A stretch of DNA of 64,000 bases from Scyliorhinus canicula (Eukaryota): NCBI RefSeq assembly GCF_902713615.1, contig NC_052149.1, positions 126,421,256 to 126,485,255 on the forward strand. Direction: 5' to 3'. Below are positions 1 through 9,670 of the stretch, one piece after another. The notes beneath the pieces are model-generated. The model saw nothing but the letters and a program-made list of their open reading frames with translations, was not told the origin of the DNA and made no database searches. Made by a program: the position numbers and the translations under genes. Position 1 is the stretch's first letter, and each line of letters opens with the position of its first letter.

Positions 1-130
1 AAGATGTGAATTGTGATGTCTCCAGGGATCTGAGCTGGAGCCTCAGCTTTTCACTGTATTTCTCAATGACTTGGATGAAGGAATAGAGAGACATATATCC
101 AAGTTACTGACCACACTAAGTGAGGCAGCT

Positions 131-850
131 TGGAGGAGGTTACAGAGATAGGGAGGGTAGAGGACAGGGAGGGGTTTGAGAACAAGGATGGGAATTTAAA
201 ATCGAGGCATTGCTGGACCGGGAGTCAGTGTAGGTCAGTGAGCAGAGGGGGTGATGGATGAACGGGATTTGGTGTGAGTTCAGATCCAGGCAGCAGAGTT
301 TTGGATCAGCTGATGTTTACGGAGGGTGGTAGGTGTGAGGCCGGCCAGGACAGCATTGGAATAGTCACGTTTAGAGGGAACAAAGACATGGAGGAGATTC
401 TCAGCAGCAGATGATGTGAGGCAGGACGGACTCGGGCGATGTTACTGAGGGGGAAATAGGCCGTCATAGTGATGGAGCGGATGATGTGGTGGGAAGGTCA
501 TCTCAGGGTCAAATAGGACACCATGGCTGGGAACTGTGTGGTTCAGAGTCAGACAGGCCCAGGGAGAGGGATGGAATCAGTGTCTGGGGAACAGAGATTG
601 TGATGGGGACTGAAGACAATGGCAGATGGAGTTCAATGTGGGGCTGTGAAATCATCCACTTTGGATCAAATAAAGAGAAATCAGAATCATTTCTAAATGG
701 TGGGAAGCTGGGAATTGTGGAGGAACAGAGAGATGAGGCCAATGTTGTAAAGAGTCTGGTTGAGCAGCAGACAGAGCTCAGGGAGAGGGATGGAGTTTGT
801 ATCGGGAGCTGAAGACGATGGCTTTGATCTTCCCAATGTGTTTCCCAGTG
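131..850 (-). mobile_element. Degenerate L2-type LINE 3' fragments
   Basis: Resembles the reverse complement of the vertebrate L2 3' region; no intact ORF; boundaries approximate. Confidence 0.5.
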
Positions 851-1069
851 AGCCTGGCTCCTCAGTCCTGACTGCTCTTAGCTGCTGTTCTTTTCACTGA
901 TTGGACAGTTATTGTTAGAGATTCAGACCACAGCAGAAACCCCCAGTGTAAAAAATAACAGCAAAGACTGTCAGATCGGAAGATTGAAACGTAACCAACA
1001 GAGGAAGTGAAAGAAGGGGCTCAGAGCAGCTGGATGTTTGTTACTGACACGGGAGAAAACTGAACCGTG
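731..1069 (+). promoter_or_regulatory. Cluster-shared upstream block with EICE and E-box (candidate B-cell enhancer), copy 1
   Basis: Near-identical to 34786-35126; GGAAGTGAAA at 1003-1012; CAGCTG at 1027-1032. Confidence 0.45.
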
Positions 1070-1295
1070 GGTTTCGTCCAGGTCCTCCGGTTTAGTCCCA
1101 CAGTCCAAAGACGTGCAGGTTAGGTGAATTGGCCATGTTAAATTTCCCTTAGTGGCCAAAAGAGTTAGGTGGGGTTACTGGGTTACGGGATAGGGTGGAG
1201 GTGTGGGTTTAAGTAGGGTGCTCTTTCCAAGGGCTGGTGCAGACCCGATGGGCTGAATGACCTCCTTCTGCACTGTAAATTCTATGATTCTATGA
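1070..1295 (+). mobile_element. HE1-type V-SINE, 5'-truncated
   Basis: V-domain cccacagtccaaagacgtgcaggttaggtg and CR1-like tail ending tctatgattctatga. Confidence 0.75.
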
Positions 1296-1311
1296 GCATT
1301 TTCTTTATGTT

Positions 1312-1657
1312 ATAGAACATAGAACATAGAACAGTACAGCACAGAACAGGCCCTTCGGCCCTCAATGTTGTGCCGAGCCATGATCACCCTACTCAAACCC
1401 ACGTATCCACCCTATACCCGTAACCCAACCCTTAACCTTACTTTTTATTAGCACACTACGGGCAATTTATCATGGCCAATCCACCTAACCCGCACATCTT
1501 TGGACTGTGGGAGGAAACCGGAGCACCCGGAGGAAACCCACGCACACAGGGGGAGGACGTGCAGACTCCACACAGACAGTGACCCAGCCGGGAATCGAAC
1601 CTGGGACCCTGGAGCTGTGAAGCATTTATGCTAACCACCATGCTACCCTGCTGCCCC
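1312..1657 (-). mobile_element. HE1-type V-SINE, full length
   Basis: tRNA-like head (rc GGTTCGATTCC B box), V-domain, (tagaaca)n tail. Confidence 0.85.
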
Positions 1658-1679
1658 AATAAATGTGTAATTGTCCACC

Positions 1680-2400
1680 TTTGAGGAAGTCACAAGGTGG
1701 ACAACGGAGAATTTGTAGATGTGAAGAACACGGAATTCCGAAAGGTGCCACATCAAATGTTACGACACAAGATGTGATCTCATGGTGTACGGGGTATCAA
1801 CTTGGCATGGATCAGCAATTTGTTAGTTAAGAGAAAACAGAGAAGGGGGATAATTTGGGCTTTTTTGGGTTGTCCAGCAGTAACTAGTGGAGTGGTGGAG
1901 AAATCAGTGCTGGAGCCTCAACTATTCACAATCAACATCAATGATCAGTGAAGGAAGCAAATGTAGTTAGTGTGAAAATAACACTAAGATAGGTGGGAAA
2001 GTAAATAATCAAGAGGATGTAGAGAGTCTGAAAAGGGATAGAGGCAGCGTGATTAAGTGTGAAAATGTGAACTTGTCCACTTTGGCAGGAAGAATAGAAA
2101 AGCAATAAAGTATTTAAATGGAGAGAGGTTGAGGAACTGGCTGCTACAGAGGGATCTGGGTGTCCTGGTACATGAATCACAAAACGTTAGTCTGCAGATC
2201 CAGCAAGTGATCAGGAAGGGAAATGGAATGTTGGTGTTTATTACAAGAGGAACGGAAAATAAAAACAAGGAAGTTTTACTGCAGCTGTACAGGTTAGACT
2301 TTCAGGTGAATGCGAGATGATCTTAAATAAACATCAGATCCTGAGGGGACCTGTAGAGTGGATGAGGATGTTCCCTCCTCTCAGGTAGAGGGAGATGAGA
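1680..2400 (+). mobile_element. CR1 LINE RT/3' fragments, decayed
   Basis: Translates to CR1 C-terminal motifs (LQRDLGVLVHES..QQVIRKGNGMLVFITRG). Confidence 0.7.
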
Positions 2401-2605
2401 ACACAGAGGAACAAAGTGAGAAATAAAGTGAGGGAGAAAGAGACGTGAAGTGAGGCAGAAAGAGAGAGAGAGAAAGCGGAGAGCAAGCAGATACAGTGAG
2501 ACAGGAAGAACAAGATGGGGAGACAGACAGAGAGAGACAGAAACTGAGGGACAGATTTTGAGAGAGGGAGTGAGTGAGGGTGAGGGAGTGAGTGAGAGAG
2601 AAGAA

Positions 2606-2700
2606 GAGGACGTGAGGGTGCTGACGTGGTGTCTCTGCCTCATACCATTTACATACTGAGGAATGGGCAGTCAGACTCTCACAGGCTGCAGCTTTATAAA
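2606..2700 (+). promoter_or_regulatory. V1 promoter: TGACGTGG, octamer variant ATTTACAT, TATA box
   Basis: TGACGTGG 2622-2629; ATTTACAT 2647-2654; TATAAA 2695-2700, 61 bp before the ATG; same layout in cluster 2. Confidence 0.75.
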
Positions 2701-2760
2701 GCAGAGCCCAGTGAAGGGAGAGTTTATCAGTAACCAGGCACAGGGACAGGAGCAGACACC

Positions 2761-2809
2761 ATGATTTCAGCCATCCAGCTGATCTGGCCTCTGGCATTCT
2801 GCATCGCAG
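2761..2809 (+). CDS. IGKV: Ig kappa-type light chain leader exon, cluster 1 (MISAIQLIWPLAFCIA/G)
   Basis: ATG in accATG context; hydrophobic signal peptide; phase-1 GT donor at 2810 matches the AG acceptor at 2994-2995. Confidence 0.95.
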
Positions 2810-2995
2810 GTACAAATCTCTCTCCTTCCACCTTGAATATTTTCCTGCTCTCCATTTCAATCCAATTCTACTGACTTGTGATTGAAGGGAAAATGCTGAA
2901 AGCAGAGAAATAGTCAGTGTCTCCAACAATATCTCATTGTACAGGCTCTTTCTGTGACAGTTCTTACTTCACTCTGTTTCTCTATTACCCCTCAG

Positions 2996-3294
2996 GTATC
3001 AGTGGAGACATCATCATGACCCAGTCTCCCACGGTGCTGTCATTGAGCCTGGGCCAGACCGCAACCATCACCTGTACGGCCAGTCAATCTGCTCGCAGTT
3101 ATGTTAATTGGTATCAACAGCGAGACGGTCAGAAACCGGCTCTGCTGATCTATGATGCAACAACCCGATTCACAGGAATATCCGACCGATTCACCGGCAA
3201 TCAATATGGAACACGATTCACCCTAACAATCAGCAATGTACAGAATGAGGATGTCGCTGATTATTACTGTATGCAGGACAGCAACTGGCCCATA
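2996..3294 (+). CDS. IGKV: Ig kappa (type III/NS4-like) V gene segment 1
   Basis: [12 protein letters not shown]...TITCTASQ...WYQQR...[15 protein letters not shown]; conserved Cys-Trp-Cys; followed by a 12-RSS. Confidence 0.97.
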
Positions 3295-3322
3295 CACAGT
3301 GATACAGAGCCTTACAAAAACC
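3295..3322 (+). other. 12-bp-spacer RSS of V1
   Basis: CACAGTG-atacagagcctt-ACAAAAACC, perfect heptamer and nonamer. Confidence 0.98.
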
Positions 3323-3524
3323 TCAATACACACAGCCCCACCTCCTGTACTGACACATCCCACAGTTTTATATAATATAGAATAAAACAATTATAGGAAA
3401 CTGAACAAGTTATTTTCACTGTCCACTACACATTCCAGTCCCTATGGAGTCCACCACTCGCTGAAGGCCTTGGGTTTCCCTCTTACTCTTACAGCTGAAA
3501 GATTTATTATCTAAAATTAGAATT

Positions 3525-3711
3525 TAGATGGGGCTGGTTTAGCACAGTGGGCTAAGACAGCTGGCTTGTAATGCAGAATTAAATCAGCAGAGTGCATTCA
3601 ATTCCCGTACCGGCCTCCTCCAACAGGTGCCGGAATGTGGCGACTAGGGGCTTTTCACAGTGACTTCATTGAGACCTACATGTGACAATAAGCGATTATT
3701 ATTATTATTAT
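3525..3711 (+). mobile_element. tRNA-headed SINE (ggggctggtttagcacagtgg family) inserted between V1 and J1
   Basis: Absent at the paralogous cluster-2 site (attagaattctctactctc, ~44418-44436); AATT duplication at 3521-3524 and 3712-3715; (att)n tail. Confidence 0.9.
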
Positions 3712-3842
3712 AATTCTCAACTCTCCCAACAAAGCACAGAGACAATGAGAGAAACAGAGAGTGAGAAAGCGTGAGAGAGAAAGACATGAGTGAGTGAGAG
3801 ACAGAGAGAGGGTGAGAGTGAGTGAGTGAAGCAGAGAGCAGA

Positions 3843-3881
3843 GGTTTTTGTACAGCCCCTGCACTGGAAGCTGTCAGTGTG
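3843..3881 (-). other. 23-bp-spacer RSS of J1
   Basis: GGTTTTTGT-23 bp-CAGTGTG; heptamer one mismatch from CACTGTG with the CAC end intact. Confidence 0.97.
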
Positions 3882-3916
3882 GCTTACGTTCGGTAAAGGA
3901 ACCAAGCTCAGACTGA
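3882..3916 (+). CDS. IGKJ: Ig kappa J segment 1 (LTFGKGTKLRL)
   Basis: FGxG motif; GTAAGT donor at 3917; phase compatible with C exon. Confidence 0.97.
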
Positions 3917-4029
3917 GTAAGTAAACCCCAATCCTCCGTTATTAACCCTTTCAATACTGAAACTTTCTCAAACACAAATGCTGAATAGTTGAAGGTGTTA
4001 GTGGGGAGCTGCAGTGAATGAAATGGTTC

Positions 4030-4530
4030 ATTGAAGAACACTGTGTAGAACAGGGTGCCCAGCTGTATTTCTTTAGTTCCATTCCCCCCCCTTTAAGCAG
4101 CAAGATATAAGTAAGCAGCTTTTACCCACCGTGTGGAGGAGATCTGGACGTTTGCAGACTGTGTTCACATTCCTGGACCATGGAGTGAAATCACTCACTA
4201 GACTCCTGTCAGTCTGCGTGTGACAGACACGGGCAGAGTTTGATGTGAGCTCTGGCTCCCTGTCACACTCTCTGATATAACTGATCACAGCAGCAGCAGC
4301 AGCACAGTGAGACACCGAGGTCCCACTTCCCCCAGCTTTAACTCTGCTCTCTCCACTCCCTGCTTATCTCTTAGCAAAGTTCTGATGACAAACAGGTCCA
4401 GCAGGGCTCACATTCCAGTGGCTTCAGTGTTCCAGGCTTTTGGGGAGACTCTCAGTTACTTTCTCTTTGGGTCGAGTTCAGTCTGATATTTATTCCTGAT
4501 CCAATATTCCTGAAAATCCCTGGAGATATT
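4030..4530 (+). promoter_or_regulatory. Candidate J-C intronic enhancer region
   Basis: Non-repetitive and nearly identical in both clusters; CAGCTG 4060-4065, Ets core (rc GGAAGT) 4325-4330, kB-like rc GGGATTTTCA 4511-4520. Confidence 0.3.
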
Positions 4531-4554
4531 TTTATTGTTTGATGTGATGTGTGA

Positions 4555-4705
4555 TCTCTGGCTGGGCCAGCATTTATTGCCCATCCCTAATTGCCCTTGA
4601 ACTGAGTGTCTTGCTCGGCCATTCCAGAGGGCATTTCAGAATCAACACGTTACTGAGGATCTGGAGTCACTTGTAGGCCGGACAAGGTCAGGCTGGCAGG
4701 TTCCC
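4555..4705 (-). mobile_element. 3' half of tRNA-headed SINE related to the LINE at 35454; also at ~45272-45422
   Basis: rc contains cactcagttcaagggcaattagggatgggcaataaatgc, matching both ends of the 35454-38118 LINE. Confidence 0.7.
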
Positions 4706-4744
4706 ACTTCAGACCCACACATCCCATAAATTAACTTTTAAAAA

Positions 4745-5585
4745 TGGCCCCAACTCCACTTTCCTGTCGGTCCCCATAACCCTTGACCCCCTTCAATGAG
4801 AAATCTGTCTAACTCAGCCTGGAATATATTCAATGCCCCAGCATGCACTGCTCTCTGGGAAAGAGAATTCCAAAAACTAACGACCCTCTGAGAGAAGAAA
4901 TTCTTCCTCATCTCCGCCTTTAATGGAGATCCCTTATTTTTAAACTGTGTCCACTCATTCTATATTCCACACGAGGGGAAACATTCTCTCAGCATCCATC
5001 CTGTCAAGCTCCCTCGGAATCTTATGTGTTTCAATAAGATTACCTCTCATTCTGCAATGAGTACAGACCCAACCAGCTCAACCTTTCCTCATCAGACATT
5101 CCATTCCTCAGTGGAATCAGCCCAGTGAACCTTCTCTGAACTGCTTCCAATGTCGGAACATCCGTCCTTAAGTAAGGAGACCAACACTGTACCCAGTACT
5201 CACGGTGTAGTCTGCCCAATATGCTGTATTGATGGAGCAAGACTTCCCTACTTTTATACTCCATCCCCCTTGTAATAAAGGACAACATTCCATTGACCTT
5301 CCTCATCACTTGCTGTACCTGCAGGTTAACTTTCTGTGATTCATACACAAGGACACCCAGATCCCTCTGTACCACAGCTTTCTGCAGTCTCTCTCCATTT
5401 CAATAATATTCTGCTTTTCTATTCTCCCTAACAAAGTGGACAAGCTCACATTTCCCCATATGATACTCCATCTGTCAAATGTTCTCCCCACTCACTGAAC
5501 CTATCAATATCCCTTTTCAGACTCTGTGTCCTCCTCACAACTTGCTTTCCTAACTATCATTTTATCATCAGCAAATTTAGCTACA
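4745..5585 (-). mobile_element. CR1 LINE 3' fragment shared by both J-C introns
   Basis: Minus-strand MVQRDLGVLVYESQKV...LEAVQRRFTGLIP; paralogue at ~46400-47410. Confidence 0.85.
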
Positions 5586-8500
5586 ATACTGTCAGTCCAT
5601 TTGTCTGACTTGAAAAAATAGACAAGGATCAAGCACAGCAAATTCTGTTCTTAGACTTTATTGGAGTTCTCAAGGTGGCCGGGAGACCAGGTCTGCCTTA
5701 CCCTTCACGCAAGATGTTAGACTAAATCCAACTCAGCTTGGAGACACAAGTGCACAGCTTATACACATTTTAGACAGTCCTTATCACTGCTCTTTGCTCC
5801 CCACACTATTCTGTAGCCTGGCCTTTTCCTAACAAGCAACTTTTATCCAATACCCTCAATATTTCCATGGCGACGCTATTATCCTTAATTTCCCAGGCAT
5901 CTCCCGTGACCTTTAGAATTGGTAATAGGTCAAGCTTCTGGACATTTGCTGGCTGGGTACTCCTTCATCCCATAGGGGAAGAATTTATGTCTGCCAAGTC
6001 CTTCCCTCTGATATCGGCTGATGTCAGCAGCCGGAATGGAGGATGCCACTGCGTGCGGGGGCGTGCCATGTCAGAAAACAGGTCTGGTGGGCCGGAGAAT
6101 CCCGCCCTCTGTCTCTCTCTTATCAGCTATCTGGCCATGAGGCCTCAACTAGCTTTTACTGCGAGTCTTAAAAGCTGCATTGGATCATTTTACTTTTAGT
6201 ACTCAGGATAATATGGTCACCATTCCTAATTCACAGAATATTTTAAATGCTTGGTATAAAAAGATTATTACAAGTTACCATAACTGTTACAATGTGTAAT
6301 ACAAAGTCAAAAGTAATCACTTCTTTGTAACATTTATAAGATAGATCATTATGTTAACAGCTGTGGTTCTGCTTCAGTTCTGTGGCACCACAGTCCTCTG
6401 CTATTTGCTCTTTCTGCTGATAGCAAAACAGAACATTCCAGTTGCCTTGCCGGTTTGACAATCCTGTGATAATTGGCTGTCCCTCATTCACCTGGTCTCA
6501 GGCCTGCATTTTAGTTTAATGAAGCCTAATTCAGCAAGGCCAATCAGATAACACATATCCTGTAAACCTTACAAGTTCTGTTATCTCAAGCCCTGTCCGT
6601 TGCCTCTTAGTTAAATATGTGGTATTATCATAACTATAAGAACTGCAAAGGTTAATGAAATGTCTAGAGAGCCATCAGAGGGAGCTACAGTTACAAGTAT
6701 ATAAGGCATTGATGCTAAGCCTTGTGGGAGAAAGTATTGAAGGAGTTAGCTGGAGACAGACAGAAGTAAAGATAGTGTGAGTAAGAGCAGATCGTAGTTT
6801 ATAACGGTATAAAGATTAATTGTAGATGAGTGTAGTTTATATGTTAATAATCAACTATGTATTATTTAGGAGTAACTGTCAAATCCAAAGTAGTACTGTT
6901 AATACATTTATAGTTTTGTTCAAGTTAAAGCTATTTTGTGGTGTTTGTGAACACTACGCCAACTCTCCCGAATTTGGCAACACAAAGTACACTGCATGGT
7001 ACCAGGAGTTCATTTCTACAAGTAAGAAGCAGTTGGATTCAATAAGATTAGCATAAGAAGATTGAAGAAAGCATTCAAGACCCTACAAACCTCAGAAAAT
7101 CTACAAAGAAGACAAATAGTAAGATGGAGAGTCTCAAGAAGCCTGGCCACTTCAGGACAAACGGTAACTATGTCAAAACTGGACTTCCTTAAACAGCAGT
7201 TTGAAGTTTTCCTATCTGCCTCCCCGCGAGAAAATGCTTCTGATTAAAGAAAAATAGCACTGCTATTACATCTGGCTGGAACGCAAGCATTAGAGCTTTC
7301 TGATTCCTTTGAATTTACTGCTGATGAGGATAAAATAGAATGTAACATGGTGCTACAAAAGTTCAATACACACTGCAAGAAGCAGGTGAATGAGACCTAT
7401 GAGTGCTACATGTTCAGAAAAAGACTGCAGTTAAGGGGGAGTCAGTAGATTATTTCATAACAGCTTTAAAGTTAAGAGCGCAGTCCTGTAATCTTTCCTC
7501 AGCTTCTGATTCAATGCTGCGTGATCAAGTTGTGTTTGGGATAAATGACGAATGTTTGCGTAAATAAATGCTAAGATGACCGATTTTACTTCTAGAAGAC
7601 GCGATTAATACGTGCAAAGCCAGTGAACAGGCATCCTGAGAATATGCGGAGTTCATGGCAAACAAAAATAGCGCAAGATCGGGAAATGTGGCTGACGTCA
7701 TTAATGCTGTGCCGCAGCAAAGAAAACTGCGTGCAATGGCTGGTGGCTATTTTGAGAGTGATGTTACGAGCGTGACCATGTGCACACTCTGTGGCCACGC
7801 CCACAGTAAAAAAAATTGTCCGGCAAAAGGCAAACAATGTTCCAATTGTTGCAAGTTCAACCTCTTTGCAGCACAGTGTCGTTTCTCAACAGCTTCTCCA
7901 GTAACCAAATTTAATAAGTCCGACAATGACTTCAGAAGGATCCAGACTGAAGATTAATAATCTAATATCTTGACTGAAGGAGAGGATTTCTCACTGTACA
8001 TGCTAAAGTATACTTTCATGATTGAAGCAGTCACTAGGATTAATTTGCTGGATTGCAAGGACAGACCAGGACAACAGCTCTCCAAGATAATTCAGGAGTG
8101 GACTCTATTATTAGAAATTAATGAAGAAGACATACCATTTCAAATTAATACAGGGGCACTTGCAAATATTATCACTGAAAAACATTGAAGACAAGCTTAT
8201 ACGATACCGCTAATAAACACATCTACTTGTCGGCTGACCGATTACAATTGTAACACTCTAGTCACAAGAGGATCCTGCCGTCTCGTTCTTAGAAATGGTG
8301 ACATTGAAATGCCTATCACCTTTGAGATAGTGGAAGATGATAAGTCATCGCTAATTGGGGTGGATGCTTGCAATAAAACAAAGCTTGTTGTAAAGGTTCA
8401 CTCAAATAAGACATGAAGAGCCAAGGGAAGACTTAGTTGTTGAGGATGGTGAGGATACCTTATCCAGAGCTACCACTGATGCTGACACATCAGATACAGA

Positions 8501-8805
8501 GATAGTACATAGAGTGGAAGCTCAAGCCTCTTTCTTTACCAAGATCCTTCCAGTGTCTGACCGAAAACTACGAATTGTCAAAGCCCTAACAGAAAAGGAT
8601 TTGATGCTCCAGAGGGAGATGAAATATCTCAAAGAAGGGTAGCCCAATGGATGTCGATGTGTCTTTCGAAGTAGAAAGGCTGATTTTACTGTAATAGGGG
8701 GTTTCCTTTTCAAGGGAGATAGAATTGTGATTCCTGCAATTCTACATGAAATAATTCTGCAGCAGATTCACGAGGGTCATCAAGGCATCGAAAAGTGTCG
8801 TAGAA

Positions 8806-8987
8806 GGGCTGGTTTAGCTCACTCAGCTAAATCGCTGGCTTTTAAAGCAGACCAAGCAGGCCAGCAGCACGGTTCGATTCCCGTACCAGCCTCCCCGGAC
8901 AGGCGCCGGAATGTGGCGACTAGGGGCTTTTCACAGTAACTTCATTGAAGCCTACTCGTGACAATAAGCGATTTTCATTTCATTCAT
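8806..8987 (+). mobile_element. tRNA-headed SINE (same family as 3525) inside Gypsy integrase
   Basis: Interrupts the RRRA/RQSVYW integrase sequence. Confidence 0.85.
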
Positions 8988-9494
8988 AGACAATCGGTAT
9001 ATTGGCCTGGAATCAACAAAGATGTTGATCAATATGTACTTGAATGCACAATCTGCCAGATGCATCAGCCTGTACAGAGCAGAGAATGCATGAAAGAAAT
9101 GGAAATCGTCACCAATCCATGGATCAAAGTTGGTATGGATTTGTTTTACTTTACAGGTCACGACTATCGAGCCATCATGGACTATTACTCCAACTATCCT
9201 GAGGTGACGACGTTGAATGATTCGACAGCAAGATCTGTCATAAGGGCAACAAAATCCACTATGTCTCTGACAATGGTCCTTGTTTCTCAAGCTGGGAGTG
9301 GACACAGTTTGCAGAGCAGTACATCTTCAATCACACGACCTCAAGCCCACGTTACCCTCATTCAAATGGCAAAGCAGAGAAGGGAACAGGAATAATCAAG
9401 AAATTGTTCCATAAAGCAATCGATGATAATAAATATCAATCGTTGGCGTTGTTGACATACAGAACAACACCACTGTCAACTGGATTACTGGCCA

Positions 9495-9670
9495 GGGGCT
9501 GGTTTAGCACAGTGGGCTAAACAGCTGGCTTGTAAAGCAGAACAAGGCCAGCAGCGCGGGTTCAATTCCCCTACCAGCCTCCCGAACAGGCGCCGGAATG
9601 TGGCGACTAGGGGCTTTTCACGGTAACTTAATTTGAAGCCTACTTGTGACAATAAGCGATTTTCATTTAA
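9495..9670 (+). mobile_element. tRNA-headed SINE (same family as 3525) inside Gypsy integrase
   Basis: ggggctggtttagcacagtggg head, gacaataagcgattttcatt tail. Confidence 0.85.

Noticed and set aside
1312-1657. tRNA-like sequences (also at 3530, 29465, 35454, 40281, 42513)
   Set aside because: SINE or LINE heads with A/B boxes that run into repeat bodies; not tRNA genes
2381-2929. 182-aa minus-strand ORF (and its 262-aa paralogue at 43024-43812) antisense to the leader and promoter
   Set aside because: Antisense shadow of the leader, promoter and (GA)n microsatellite; its similarity between clusters is explained by the duplication
2917-3375. 152-aa ORF as a single-exon or germline-joined VJ gene (also 43761-44258)
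   Set aside because: The ORF reads through the intron and the RSS; V and J are separate, with intact RSSs
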